Shown one piece after another: positions 46,248 through 61,329 of a stretch of 64,000 nucleotides of DNA. Numbering within the stretch: position 1 is the first letter of the stretch; every line of letters begins with the position of its first letter. Position numbers and translations under genes: made by a program. Under the pieces are notes generated by a model, which saw nothing but the letters and a program-made list of their open reading frames with translations, was not told the DNA's origin and searched no databases. Source of the DNA: Phyllobates terribilis (taxonomy: Eukaryota); assembly GCF_046119375.1 (NCBI RefSeq), contig NW_027362767.1, positions 379,750,001-379,814,000 on the forward strand, written 5' to 3'.

Positions 46248-48554
46248 AATGTTCCCCTGCCGTGTCTCTAATCTGCATCGGTGGGAGGCTCTTTGCTGCC
46301 ATCATATGGAAAGGAGATGACTTTGTACCTGGTTTTCTATTTATATAGCCATTTTTTTGTTTTTGCACTCACTTGTCCTTTAGTTCACTGTGGCAGCCAA
46401 GGCTCCGTACACTGGTGACACTGGGAATTCTGGTAACGCTTGACAACGAGCCTGGACACGTAAATAAGGTGGTCATTGGTGTAGTGATTGCAAATTATCA
46501 GCTATCCATATAATGACTGGGACCCCCCCGATACCAGTAAGAACGAGAGTCCCGAGTCACATACGCACTACAACTCCATTTAAAGACTATGCGATTGCCC
46601 AAGATGGCCAAGAGTCCTCCTCAGTACCCTAGACATTGGGCCTGATTTCTCAAAGCTTTCACGACCAAAATTCTGGTAGAAAAGCTTTGAAAAGTCGCAA
46701 AATTTAGGCGCCAGAATTTTGTAACTTTTGCCATTTTCACCCAGTGCTGCCCAGATGGGTAAGGCGGGGGGTGCTGGATGTAAACTGTGTCCAAGGCACT
46801 GCTGTATTCACTGCTCGTATCTCAGAATATCTCCTATCCTATACATATTTTCTCTTTATGTGCTTTTCTGTTCAATAACATATTTTCTCTGCCCTCCTTG
46901 AGACTGTGGATGCTCTCTGCCCTGTCCACACTGGAAATATGTGTACTACCTCTCTCCCTCCCTCCTGCTATCTCTAACACTGACAGGAGGGGAGGGGAGA
47001 TCACATAGGGCAGTGAAGAAGCTTGGATGGATTTGTAGCATTTTTGTGAGCCATTCAGTTAGATAAAGGACCTACTGACACTCTGCAGCAGAAAAATAAC
47101 ATTTTTAATAAAGACTATTTAGAAAGTCTTTAGACATGGGAAGTAAGTGGGGGGGGGGGGGGGAATGTGTGAACCTGTAGATAGTCTTAATGCAGCAGTG
47201 TGGATGTGACTGTCGTTCCTTGCACTCATTCTGATAATGGTCCCAAGGTGGATATGTGCAATCTTGGTAAAAGTGATCCTGCTACAGGTGCTATCAGTGA
47301 TCTGCTTCAGTAGAAAGCGGCTATGGCCCATTAATCCTAGCTATACAATTGTGTGGTTTTTTTTAATAGGGTTTTGTGTTTTCTATAATTTACCCCTAAT
47401 CGCTCTGTAATGAGGCGTTCTGCATATTCCTGATTTACTTTGAGAACATAAAAAAAGTCTTTCCAACTTTTTTCGCGATGTGTGACTTGTGCCCCTTGTA
47501 GGTAGATGGCCTCTGGCTGGAAGTAAGATTCCTATTCGCTGACAGCAAATGTAGATCTTATAAGTGATGAAAACATTCAAGCAAAAGTCTATTGGAATGA
47601 AAAGTTATGCAACAAAGGGACTTCTTTAAAAAGTTTTTCTCAACATTAAAAGATATCCCTTATCGAAGGAATAGGTAATCATTTGCAAATCGATGGGGTC
47701 TGACCGTTGGATTACCCAGTACAATCCCAAGAATGGGGGCTCTAAAATGCCCTGATGGATTGGAGAGGTGGCCGCGCACAGGACTGCGGGAGATTGCACA
47801 GTACAGCGGTCGGCTTGTCCTCTGCTGTCCCATAGAATGTATTAAACAATAGGGGATTTCAGAACCACATTCTCTGGATCGATGGACCCCCCCCCCCCCA
47901 CAGATACAAAAATTATCACTTGTCCTGTGGATAAGTGATTACTTTTCTTTTTTCTGGATATCATGTTTTTGTGCATATTGTATTCTCTAAATTTTGATTA
48001 GGGGAACGTCCACATGACACTGATACGCTGCAGATTTTCTACACCAATTTGTTAGATCATAATTTATTTTTTTTTTAAGTTCCATTGCTGAAGAAACAGT
48101 TTTGCACATTTTGATTCAATGCCCGACCCGAACTCAACAGTCCCGTTACCCGTCTGGACATTGCAGTCCGAACTCGGACCATAAATGTCGCATATGCAAA
48201 ACTGTTCCTTAATGTTGCAAAACTGCAAAAGATTTCACCCTTTGCATTGGAAAGCATGAAATCTGCAACATAAATTGACAAGATCTGGATTGAAAGTTCA
48301 TTTTTGTTGCAGTTTTTTTTCTGCTGCACATAGGTGAGACTTTATCAAGTCTCATCTACTTCACATCACAGAAGCAGCATTGGGGATAAGTATGTTGGTA
48401 GCTTATCCAGAAATATTGGAACAATTAGTGATTCTGTAGTTGCATAGTAGGTTGAAAAAAAGATCCAGGTTCATAAAGTTCAGCCTTTCTCCACCAATTG
48501 TACATTTTCTTTTTTTTTACCGCCAAAAAAAGGTATATTTATATGTGTAAATCG

Positions 48555-48715
48555 NNNNNNNNNNNNNNNNNNNNNNNNNNNNNNNNNNNNNNNNNNNNNN
48601 NNNNNNNNNNNNNNNNNNNNNNNNNNNNNNNNNNNNNNNNNNNNNNNNNNNNNNNNNNNNNNNNNNNNNNNNNNNNNNNNNNNNNNNNNNNNNNNNNNNN
48701 NNNNNNNNNNNNNNN
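48555..48715. other. Assembly gap (161 N)
   Basis: Run of N. Confidence 1.
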
Positions 48716-51700
48716 AATGAAAACATTTGCAATTGACACCAATAAATTTTACCAATGAATATATTATTTTTTTACAATTTTGTTCAGTGTGGAAAGTTAT
48801 GAAACTTTGCTGATCACTTTACACTTTATTAGGAGATTTCTCTTCATTCCTTTGAAAATAAATAAATAAAAATTGCATGTAAGTGGCTTCCAACCCTGGC
48901 TTTTTCCTAGTCTATTTGGCTGCCTTCAGCTGCACTGATATAAGGACGTGCTAATTTGGAGTACAGATGATGGCAGTGATGGGTCAGTTCAGGTCCTCTA
49001 ACACTAATTCTGGGGATAGGCTGCTGCCGGAGATTGTTCTGATAATCACAACACTCAGAGGAGGACACAGGTGCTGACAGATCACTGCCATCACCTTTAC
49101 TCCAAATGACTATGTTCTGATATCAGTTCAGCTGAAGGCAGCAAATAGGCTTGAGAACTTTTAATATAGACGCATATTGGGAAGTATAAGATGTAGATGA
49201 TTTGGAATTGGCAAAATCCTATAGAACCTCTTTAAGAAAAAGTAAGCAGGACCCCCACAGCAAAAGTGTGCAGATTTTTGAGATGGGCTCATCAGTGCTT
49301 AGTTTGGTCAGTTACGATCATCAGTTTCAACTTTTTTATTTTTTAAGGTGGATTCCTAACAGAATCCACTCCGAACTTGACACTATCAAGTTGAAAGGCT
49401 GCAAAACACCATGTGGAAATACTTATTATTGATGTTGTTCAAAGGTTTTCTCATGTGCTGCACCATCCCATCGGGCTGGCCAGAAAACAAAAAAAAGGGA
49501 AATTGCAAATACTTGTATTTGTCTGCAGTCCCCCTACAACTCTGGTTAGAAAGCATATAATATAGGAAAATTAGATACCAGTAGTTCTCCAAAATCAGAG
49601 AAAGTGAATATAGTTGGGTTTTTGGAAGGGGGATGGGGGTTTGAATTAGCGAGAACATCTGATTCGGGAGTTTGAAACTTCTTTTAGATTACGCTTGCCT
49701 TTTATTCTTCATCTTCTAGAGAAACGTTCAATATAAATCTCTGTGCCTCCGTTGTCCGGGCAGGAAATTTTTTAGAATTTTTGACAAAATAATCAACTTT
49801 GGATGTCTCTTTAAATTTGTTGTCAATTGACTTTAAAAAAAACAAACAAAAAAACCATCTAATTTAGGAACTGAGCACCTTTTTTTATTTTTTTCATTTT
49901 AGAGGTTTGGATTTGATTTATGTGCAATACTACTGGAGCTTAATTCTGGAAACTTGAATCTTTTATTAAATGATGATGATGATGATGATATTTTGTCTTT
50001 TTATTACATGACGTCACGATTGCAGCAGAACTGGGATAGTGTTACGGGAGAGAATGTACTGTCCCGTGACATCGAGCCTTTTGATTATATTCAGTTGCAT
50101 CATGTCTTCCTTTTATTCTAATTGTATCTAAAATTAAAAAAATAAATAAAAAAATCAAGTTTACTATTGCCGGTAGTCTTGATTTTTAACAATCTATCGT
50201 TTTGTGTACACAGCTCCTATGCATACCTATGTGTCTCTTTTTGTCGCGTAGTCTGGCGTCTTCTTTGGTACTCCAAGGCAGCCGGCCCAAGAAAATGGCC
50301 GGCACTCGGATGCTGCATCCTGGGCACCTCTTGTAATTCTGCTGTATGACCAATATAAAAAATTCCCTTTAAATTAAAATTTCACTTTTTCTTTTCAAGA
50401 ATTTAAAATGGGAAACGGTCATTAGAACTTTCAGAAGTGAATTCCATTTTCCTTAAATGAGCAGAATAAAATCTATTCCGTTATGTTATTAATTAAAATT
50501 TTCCTAAAAGCCATCGTAATTGCTAATTGGAATAAAGGGCGCTCCGCTCCCCTAATCCTCCTCTCTAGGCTTCTGCCGTATAATAGGTTTTCTAAACCGC
50601 CTCACGTCCTCGGTTACCTATGCTTGACATCTGGAGAATGCGTCCTATCATCTCCGTGTCCTGCACTCAACGCTGCAGCTTTATTTCAATATGTAGCAAT
50701 TAATTTTTATTGTGTCAAACGGCGTATGAAGCTTCTCGCGGGATATGACAGACAAAGCCCGATGCCAGGATTCAATACAAGGTTTCTCCGACACCGATCT
50801 TATTCTGCACGAACACCAAGACCTCAATATACTGGTTCATGACAAGATCCGTACTGGACGTACTCCACGGCCACTCAGCGTCCACGATCTGGTGTTGTTT
50901 GCCCCGACCCTAGGCTAGGGCTGCTGTGCCGTGACTTGTGACATCTCAACATTAGGTGGCGATTTTTTTATTTATTTAATTTTTTTTTGGGCGGTTGATT
51001 CTTGAAATTTGCGAATTTCAAAATTCAAAAATTCTCTTTTGTCTTTTTACCTCTTTTAAGAGTTGCACGATCTGTTAAAATGTTGCACGAAATTCTAGGG
51101 AAGATTGAAATGCATTTGCGCAAAAGTTTTGAATTTTTTCCGTTGCAAACTTCTGGACTTATGAAAACAATGCCCATAATGCCGTGTACAGAAAAAACAA
51201 GATAAGCAAGTAGAAAATGGACTTCAAAATATGAAATATGCGCGGCCCAACACCTTACTGACATATGACGTACCGGTATGTCATATGCAGGCTCGGCTTG
51301 TGAGCCCACATCTTTCCTGGCACATGACAGCTGAATTATTCAGCCATTATCTGCCTGTATAACAGCCGGAGCTCCACCTGTGTTAACCTATTAAATGCCG
51401 CTGTCAATCTGACTGCGTGCGCCGTTCTATGCACCCATTAACCCACCCATGACCCAATCGCGAGGCATCAGGTGGTTGCCATGATGACTGGGGGTTTGCT
51501 GAAGACCCTTTATACTTGTCATGACGGTACTCCAGCGAGATTCAGCCTGTAACTTGCGGTCATAGGAGACTGATTTTTTTTTTCCCCTTTACATAGCAAT
51601 ATTGTGCTATTGCTGTGTATATTAGAGGTGATCAGACAATTGCAGGTTCAAGTCCCCTAAGGGGACTAACAAGTACAGTAGAATGTGAAAAGAAAATGTT

Positions 51701-53944
51701 TTTAAAATTATTACAAATAAAAAAAAATGCTGCATTCGTAACAGTCCAATGTATTAAAATATAAATTAATCTGACTTGTAAATGGCGAAATGAGAAAAAA
51801 ATCGAAACTGCAGAATTGCATTTTTCTGGATGAAACAACACTGCAGTAAAATGCAATAGCGGAGGATAAAAATATATGTACCCCAAAATGGTATCAGTAA
51901 AAATGTCAGCTTTGGGCGCAAAAACTAAGTCCTTATACAGCCCCATCGACAAATTTTTTTACAAATTTCAGAAATTTTTTTCCACCACTTAAATATATAA
52001 AGCTAGTGCATTGAGAATAAATTACCCAAAAAACAATTACTGAATTTTGCTTTTTTTTTTCTCTTTTTTCGTTATTTCACCGCTTTCCAGTACATCTCAT
52101 AATAAAATGAATGGTGGAATTAGTCCTGCCAAAAGTCAAGCTCTCATATGGCTGTGTGGACCGAACAATAAAAAAGTTCTAGCTCTTGGAAGAAGGGGAG
52201 GGCAAAACCAAAGTGCAAAAAAAAAGGAAAATTGCCTGTCGGGAAGGGATTAAAGAGAGAATTTGGTGCAAAACACAAAAAAAGTAGGAAAATCTAGACG
52301 CAAATGCAACAATAAATGGGGCCCGGAGATTGTAAAGGATAGTGAATATGTATGGGCGCTCAGAAATCCTGTAAGGTGGGATATCTGCCAAATGTGGGGC
52401 CGCAATGTGAGACACTGATGCTGCGACGTGAAATTACAAGTTGCTAAGTAGCCTTAGCCATAAAGCAGATCTGCACACATTGGTATATAGACCTTTAGAC
52501 CTGATGAGACTGGTGTACTTACAAAACCCAAGTCAGAATGGCTGTATAATCCTCAAATTGAAATGAGCACTTTGAGTCCGTACAATACTCAGAGCATTAT
52601 ATAGCTGCTGTTACATGGATTTTTAATTATTCAGGGCCATAGAGTAGGGAAGATAGTTATTCAAGAGCCACTATAATGACCCTTATTATTTTTAAGATCA
52701 CTGTGTCAGGATTTGAAGCTTTGGATGTGAAATCTTACCATGGACAAGATGACCGCAAAAAGGATGAGAGCGTGACTATAATCCGAGAAGATGTCACCTA
52801 TAAGGTACCTCAGTGAAAATATTTACTTGTGAAACTGCTGCATCTAATCAGCACGGTTGTTCCTGTATGGTCCGCAATCTGATGGCAGCTGGTAACAATA
52901 ACTCCTAGCATCTCCTTACCATTGTTAAAGACATACTGGGAGTTGTAGATTCATGTGATACAAATGTATAAAGTGAGGCTGACTTGACATTGCAACTAAT
53001 CGAACTAAGCATGGTGATGTATGACTATTTGTTGGTGATTCTTCTGATGAACTCATGTATTGATAGTGGTTCTGGAGATGTAGTCATATATTGATAATGG
53101 TTCTGGCGATGTACTCATTTATTGATGGTGGGTCTGGTGATGTACTGATGGTGATTCTGGCAATATACTGATGGTCGTCTTGGTGATGTACTTGTGTACT
53201 GATGGCAGTTCTGGCGATGTACTTGTGTAGCAATCCATAATTTGTCAATTGACTTTCTACGTGGCTACATTCATAAAGTATTGTGGCGTCTGACTAGTTT
53301 AAAGGGAATTTGTCAGCATGATTTCACCCCTCCCAAACTATTTATATGGGGGATTACATTTGTATTTGTTAGGAGCATTAAACCTTTTTGTATTTGGTGG
53401 AGGGCAGAAATATGGGGGTCCAACTTTGGTGGGATGTGTCATCTGTGTAGTTTCTCTAATCTCATGAAGCACCTATTTCACACCAACTACATTATCAATA
53501 CTACAAGGAGGTACCACTGTGTGTTATTTGTGGTGTTACATGGAACTGTAAGAAAATGTATCTTTTAACTTTGGCTACCATTACTTTCATTGTATGGGTA
53601 TAGTCTGTAGAAGTAGGTATGCTCTGTATGAGGGAAACTATACCCCTTTTTCAAACAGGAAAACTTGTTAAATATTTTAATTGCATTTTTATTCCGCAAT
53701 TTTGTTATGCTTTGCATAGCCTTATATTGCTACTGCAATATAATGTATCCATCTGAGGTGGTCAAATTTTCTTCTTTGTATATATTATTTACAGTTTGAA
53801 ACTTGGAGGGCCAGCAGGCGGCCTCCACTATTTTTAGAGGGCCAGCAGGTGTCTTGTGGACAGATGATACCAAGATAGCTTTTTGTTAAAGCACCTCATT
53901 TAACTATTTACTGTAAATGGAATGAGGCCTACAAATAAAAACAC

Positions 53945-54157
53945 AGTACTTACAGTCAAATATGGTGGAGGTTCAAAGATTTTGTGATTGTTTTACTGCC
54001 TCTGGCACTGCGTGCCTTGACTGTGTGCAAGGCATCATGAAATGTGAATATTCCCAAAGGATTTTGGGTCTCAATGTCGTGCCCATTGTTAGAAAGCTGG
54101 TTTTGCATCCTAGGTCATGGGTCTTGCAGCAGGACAATGACCCCAAACATACTTCAA
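53945..54157 (+). mobile_element. Tc1 transposase remnant, continuing at 62097-62160 after the hAT-bounded insertion
   Basis: Translates TVKYGGGS...WVLQQDNDPKHTS and resumes as ...ERKHWRVLKW. Confidence 0.8.
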
Positions 54158-54519
54158 CAGGCTCGGTCTGGCCTGGCGGGGCGCCGGGAAATTTCCCGGT
54201 GGGCCCCGGGCCCCTTGCAGAGAGAACAGGAGAATTGAAAAAAAAAAGTGGTCGTGGGCCCTTTAAGGGCTCGCGCACGCTCTTTCACCGACGCGATGCC
54301 CAGGACAGTAGCGGGAGGGGCCTGGGAGCAGGAGAGCAGGGGCTGCACTGCAGCGTCACACTCAGCAGACAGGGAAGCACGTCTGCTAAAAGTGACGTCA
54401 CAGCGCGCCCTGCACCGCAGTCTCCCACATTAGGAGCGTGTCTGTACACTGTATGGGCTGGAGACAAGCCAAGGTACTGTAATATTTGTGTGTTTGTATG
54501 GATTTTTATGTATATGCTG

Positions 54520-57500
54520 CCTGCATGTGTGTGTGTACAGTGTGTGTATATGCCTGTGTGTGTGTGTACAGTGTGTGTATATGCCTGTGTGTGTGTATAT
54601 GCCTGTGTGTGTATATGCCTGTGCGTGTACAGTGTGTGTATATGCCTGTCTGTGTATATGCCTGTGCATGTACAGTGTGTGTATATGCCTGTGCATGTAC
54701 AGTGTGTGTATATGCCTGTGCGTGTACAGTGTGTGTATATGCCTGTGTGTGTATATGCCTGTGTGTATGCCTGTGTGTACAGTGTGTGTATATGCCTGTG
54801 TGTACAGTGTGTGTATATGCCTGTGTGTGTATGCCTGTGTGTACAGTGTGTGTATATGCCTGTGTGTACAGTGTGTGTATATGCCTGTGTGTACAGTGTG
54901 TGTGTATGCCTGTGTGTATAGTGTGTGTATATGCCTGTGTGTACAGTGTGTGTATATGCCTGTGTGTACAGTGTGTGTATATGCCTGTGTGTGTATGCCT
55001 GTGTACAGTGTGTGTATATGCCTGTGTGTACAGTGTGTGTATATTCCTGTGTGTGTACAGTGTGTGTGTATGCCTGTGTGTACAGTGTGTGTATGCCTGT
55101 GTGTACAGTGTGTATATGCCTGTGTGTATATGCCTGTGTGTGTACAGTGTGTGTGTACAGTGTGTATATGCCTGTGTGTACAGTGTATGTATATTCCTGT
55201 GTGTGTGTACAGTGTATGTATATTCCTGTGTGTGTGTACAGTGTGTGTATATGCCTGTGTACAGTGTGTGTATATGCCTGTGTGTAGTGTGTGTATATGC
55301 CTGTGTACAGTGTATATATGCCTGTGTGTACAGTGTATATATGCCTGTGTGTGTACAGTGTGTGTATATGCCTGTGTGTGTACAGTGTGTGTATATGCCT
55401 GTGTGTGTACAGTGTGTGTATATGCCTGTGCGTGTACAGTGTGTGTATATGCCTGTGCGTGTACAGTGTGTGTATATGCCTGTGCGTGTACAGTGTGTGT
55501 ATATGCCTGTGTGTGTGTACAGTGTGTGTATATGCCTGTGTGTGTACAGTGTGTGTATATGCCTGTGTACAGTGTGTGTATATGCCTGTGTACAGTGTGT
55601 ATATATGCCTGTGTACAGTGTGTGTATATGCCTGTGTGTACAGTGTGTGTATATGCCTGTGTGTACAGTGTGTGTATATGCCTGTGTGTACAGTGTGTGT
55701 ATATGCCTGTGCATGTACAGTGTGTGTATATGCCTGTGCGTGTACAGTGTGTGTATATGCCTGTGTGTGTATATGCCTGTGTGTGTATATGCCTGTGTGT
55801 GTATATGCCTGTGTGTGTATATGCCTGTGTGTGTATATGCCTGTGTGTACAGTGTGTGTATATGCCTGTGTGTGTATATGCCTGTGTGTGTATATGCCTG
55901 TGTGTGTATGCCTGTGTGTACAGTGTGTGTATATGCCTGTGTGTACAGTGTGTGTATATTCCTGTGTGTGTGTACAGTGTGTGTGTATGCCTGTGTGTAC
56001 AGTGTGTGTATATGCCTGTGTGTGTACAGTGTGTGTATATGCCTGTGTGTGTACAGTGTGTGTATATGCCTGTGTGTGTACAGTGTGTGTATATGCCTGT
56101 GTGTGTACAGTGTGTGTATATGCCTGTGTGTGTACAGTGTGTGTATATGCCTGTGTGTGTACAGTGTGTGTATATGCCTGTGTGTGTACAGTGTGTGTAT
56201 ATGCCTGTGTGTGTGTGTACAGTGTGTATATGCCTGTGTGTACAGTGTGTATATTCCTGTGTGTGTGTACAGTGTGTGTATATGCCTGTGTGTACAGTGT
56301 GTGTATATGCCTGTGTGTACAGTGTGTGTATATGCCTGTGTGTACAGTGTGTGTATATGCCTGTGTGTACAGTGTGTGTATATGCCTGTGTGTACAGTGT
56401 GTGTATATGCCTGTGTACAGTGTGTGTATATGCCTGTGTACAGTGTGTGTATATGCCTGTGTACAGTGTGTGTATATGCCTGTGTGTGTACAGTGTGTGT
56501 ATATGCCTGTGTGTGTACAGTGTGTGTATATGCCTGTGTGTGTACAGTGTGTGTATATGCCTGTGTGTGTACAGTGTGTGTATATGCCTGTGTGTGTACA
56601 GTGTGTGTATATGCCTGTGTGTGTACAGTGTGTGTATATGCCTGTGTGTGTACAGTGTGTGTATATGCCTGTGTGTGTACAGTGTGTGTATATGCCTGTG
56701 TGTACAGTGTGTGTATATGCCTGTGTGTACAGTGTGTGTATATGCCTGTGTGTACAGTGTGTGTATATGCCTGTGTGTACAGTGTGTGTATATGCCTGTG
56801 TGTACAGTGTGTGTATATGCCTGTGTGTACAGTGTGTGTATATGCCTGTGTGTACAGTGTGTGTATATGCCTGTGTGTACAGTGTGTGTATATGCCTGTG
56901 TGTACAGTGTGTGTATATGCCTGTGTACAGTGTGTGTATATGCCTGTGTGTGTACAGTGTGTGTATATGCCTGTGTGTGTACAGTGTGTGTATATGCCTG
57001 TGTGTGTACAGTGTGTGTATATGCCTGTGTGTGTACAGTGTGTGTATATGCCTGTGTGTGTACAGTGTGTGTATATGCCTGTGTGTGTACAGTGTGTGTA
57101 TATGCCTGTGCGTGTACAGTGTGTGTATATGCCTGTGCGTGTACAGTGTGTGTATATGCCTGTGCGTGTACAGTGTGTGTATATGCCTGTGCGTGTACAG
57201 TGTGTGTATATGCCTGTGCGTGTACAGTGTGTGTATATGCCTGTGCGTGTACAGTGTGTGTATATGCCTGTGCGTGTACAGTGTGTGTATATGCCTGTGC
57301 GTGTACAGTGTGTGTATATGCCTGTGCGTGTACAGTGTGTGTATATGCCTGTGCGTGTACAGTGTGTGTATATGCCTGTGCGTGTACAGTGTGTGTATAT
57401 GCCTGTGCGTGTACAGTGTGTGTATATGCCTGTGCGTGTACAGTGTGTGTATATGCCTGTGCGTGTACAGTGTGTGTATATGCCTGTGCGTGTACAGTGT

Positions 57501-58840
57501 GTGTATATGCCTGTGCGTGTACAGTGTGTGTATATGCCTGTGCGTGTACAGTGTGTGTATATGCCTGTGCGTGTACAGTGTGTGTATATGCCTGTGCGTG
57601 TACAGTGTGTGTATATGCCTGTGCGTGTACAGTGTGTGTATATGCCTGTGCGTGTACAGTGTGTGTATATGCCTGTGCGTGTACAGTGTGTGTATATGCC
57701 TGTGCGTGTACAGTGTGTGTATATGCCTGTGCGTGTACAGTGTGTGTATATGCCTGTGCGTGTACAGTGTGTGTATATGCCTGTGCGTGTACAGTGTGTG
57801 TATATGCCTGTGCGTGTACAGTGTGTGTATATGCCTGTGCGTGTACAGTGTGTGTATATGCCTGTGCGTGTACAGTGTGTGTATATGCCTGTGCGTGTAC
57901 AGTGTGTGTATATGCCTGTGCGTGTACAGTGTGTGTATATGCCTGTGCGTGTACAGTGTGTGTATATGCCTGTGCGTGTACAGTGTGTGTATATGCCTGT
58001 GCGTGTACAGTGTGTGTATATGCCTGTGCGTGTACAGTGTGTGTATATGCCTGTGCGTGTACAGTGTGTGTATATGCCTGTGCGTGTACAGTGTGTGTAT
58101 ATGCCTGTGCGTGTACAGTGTGTGTATATGCCTGTGCGTGTACAGTGTGTGTATATGCCTGTGCGTGTACAGTGTGTGTATATGCCTGTGCGTGTACAGT
58201 GTGTGTATATGCCTGTGCGTGTACAGTGTGTGTATATGCCTGTGCGTGTACAGTGTGTGTATATGCCTGTGCGTGTACAGTGTGTGTATATGCCTGTGCG
58301 TGTACAGTGTGTGTATATGCCTGTGCGTGTACAGTGTGTGTATATGCCTGTGCGTGTACAGTGTGTGTATATGCCTGTGCGTGTACAGTGTGTGTATATG
58401 CCTGTGCGTGTACAGTGTGTGTATATGCCTGTGCGTGTACAGTGTGTGTATATGCCTGTGCGTGTACAGTGTGTGTATATGCCTGTGCGTGTACAGTGTG
58501 TGTATATGCCTGTGCGTGTACAGTGTGTGTATATGCCTGTGCGTGTACAGTGTGTGTATATGCCTGTGCGTGTACAGTGTGTGTATATGCCTGTGCGTGT
58601 ACAGTGTGTGTATATGCCTGTGCGTGTACAGTGTGTGTATATGCCTGTGCGTGTACAGTGTGTGTATATGCCTGTGCGTGTACAGTGTGTGTATATGCCT
58701 GTGCGTGTACAGTGTGTGTATATGCCTGTGCGTGTACAGTGTGTGTATATGCCTGTGCGTGTACAGTGTGTGTATATGCCTGTGCGTGTACAGTGTGTGT
58801 ATATGCCTGTGCGTGTACAGTGTGTGTATATGCCTGTGTG
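54520..58840. repeat. ~4.3-kb TG-rich satellite, 27-bp dominant unit
   Basis: Unit GTGTGTATATGCCTGTG(C/T)GTGTACAGT. Variable 25-29-bp units at left, essentially perfect 27-mers from about 57100 to 58830. Confidence 0.97.
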
Positions 58841-58995
58841 TTTGTGTCTTCACACATACGTGTGTGTGTGCTTCCCTGCGTGTCTGCATTTTTGTGTGTG
58901 ATTGTCTGAGTGTGTCTGTGCATTTCTGTGTGTGCTTGCCTGTGTGTGTACGTGTCCCCATTTCTGTGAGTATGTGTATCTGCGTGTGTATATTA

Positions 58996-59833
58996 GGGCT
59001 CTTTCACATGTCCTGATATTTACGGGACTGGAGATATCCGTGTCCACCTGTGTGTCATCCAAGTGACTCATACTGGCGCTTGGGAATCAGTATACAGTTA
59101 GCGCTGTTCCCAAGAGCCGGGTGCTGAGCGCTGCCCTCATCATAGATCCCTGCAGGCGCTGTGATCAGCAGCAGCGGGGTCAATGATGAGAGTAGTAGTC
59201 TACTCCCACCGTGTCCAACTGTAAAAATAAGAATAAAATCAAAAAATCCTTATACTCACCTCTCCTAAGTGTCACCTGCTGTAATCCGTGTGAGCGCTCA
59301 TGCCGAGAAGAATGACTCCTGCAGCGAGCTTGCTCCAGAGCTGCGCTTATTGAATGACAGGGCACCGCTTGTTGAGCGCAGCTCCGGAGCCCACTCGCTG
59401 CAGGAGACATTCTCCTCGGCGTGAGCGCTCGCACGGATTACAGTGGGTGACACTTAGTAGAGGTTAGTATAAGGTTTTTTTTATTTTATTCTTTTTACAG
59501 TTGGACACAGCGGGTATAGACTATTACTCTCATCATTGACCCTGCTGGTGCTGATTGCAGCACCTTCAGGGATCTATGATGAGGGCAGTTCTCAGCGCTC
59601 TTCCCAAGCACCGCGTGCTAACGGTCATCAGTGTGCGGGACATTTCGCGGTCTGGACAGCAGGTAAAAAACAGACATGTCAGCGTGTTTTGCCCACGGAC
59701 ACCACATGATCTGTGGAAAGTGGAAACACACTGACATGTGCACATACGCATTCATGTGAATGGGTCTACGTGTGTCAGTGTCTCTGGTACGTGTGGAAAC
59801 GGTCACTGCATGTACTGACGTGTGAAAGAGCCC
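58996..59833. mobile_element. PIF/Harbinger-type MITE
   Basis: TIRs GGGCTCTTTCACATGTC and GACGTGTGAAAGAGCCC, with TSD TTA. Confidence 0.8.
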
Positions 59834-61329
59834 TTAGTATGTGTCTGTGTGCGCTTTTGTGTGTGTAAGCGTGCTTCTGCATGTCTGTGTGCTCTTCCGA
59901 AGATTTATTATATTTGGAGAGAGATGGGAGAGAAATTTTAGGAGACAGAATGGGGAGATGTGTGAAGAAACAGTATGGTGAACTAGAGGAGGGGTAGGAA
60001 TGAGTGCAGAAACAGAATGGGGAAGGGGGATGTATGAGGAAACAGTATGGAGAGTGGGGAAATAGTGTGAGGAGACAGTATGGAGGGAGAAAAGTGTGAG
60101 GTGACACAGCACAGAGACTAGGTAGTGTGGGGGAAGGTATAGAGATGAGGCAGTATCGGGGGAACAGTGTGAGGGCACAGCAAGGAGGGAACAGTATGCT
60201 GAGGAGGGGGAGTGTGATAAAGGGGCACAGTATAGAGACTGGGCACTATAGGGGGGACACCGTGTGAGAGGACAATGTGAAGAGGGGGCCCAGTATGGTA
60301 AGGAGAGGACAGTGTGAAGAGGGGGCCCAGTATGGTAAGGAGAGGACAGTGTGGAGAGCAGGTAGCATAAGAGGGGTAGAGTGTATGTCATGTTTTGTGC
60401 AGGGAGCATTGTAAGAGTTAGGTTTATTCAGGGGCTCAGTGTAGATATTTTTATTCGGGAGCATTATAATGACACTGCTATCTTTTAAGGGCATCGTGTC
60501 GGGATGTGCTGCAGAAGACCGGAGAAGATGGAAGTCTGCAGAGCCGATCTGTGGATGAGAAAAGTCATCATGGAGACTGGACAAGAGGGAGACGAAAAGA
60601 GAGAGAACGACCATAATCAGAGAAGACGTCTCAGGTAAGATACCTGGATGTAAATGTTCATTTGTGATCCTGCCTGCGTCTCATCAGTACTGTGGTTCCT
60701 GTATGGTCCGCAGTCTGATGATGACTGATAACTCCCAGTATCTCTATTGTTAATTACATACTGGGAGTTGTAGGTTTATGCGATACAAAGATATATGGGG
60801 CTGACCTGACATTACAAATGATGGTGGTTCAGATGATGTATTCATGTACTGATGTGTTTGTGCGTGTCTGCGTATGTGTCTACGTATCTGGAATAATATG
60901 TATTTTGTAAGATGCGTGTATGTAAGTGTCCATTGTGGTGTGTAATAACATTCATATGCTTGAGGCACCTTTACTAAATCTATTAGGACTTGCTCACATG
61001 TGTTAGGGAATTCCATTTGTCTTTCCACATTTAGGAACAGACAAGTGAAATTTGCTAACCTTGTCATAACCATAGGGTTGTACTTGTATGGAGCGGGTTC
61101 AGGAGCTAAGCCTGCTCCATACTGGGCAGATGTCGGCTGTGTTACATAGCCGGCGTCTGCCTGTAACAGCAGTGATCAGAGCTCGCCTTGATTGCTGCTG
61201 TTTTGAGTATTTAAGTGCCCTTGTCAATCACTGACAGCAGCATTTAGCTAGCACAATGGCCGGTGCATGCAGTCACCTGCTCCCTTCAGCCCCCTGTGAC
61301 GCAGTTGCAGGTTGCTGGTGGGTTGCCAG

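Noticed and set aside
50200-50900. Possible small exons of an additional minus-strand gene (donor-like ATAG|GTATGC and ATAG|GTAACC)
   Set aside because: No consistent multi-exon frame or recognisable protein could be built.
54285-59016. ORFs of 1200-1560 aa in several frames on both strands
   Set aside because: They are translations of a stop-free 27-bp satellite (HIHTLYTHR and similar), with no domain, splice or codon evidence.
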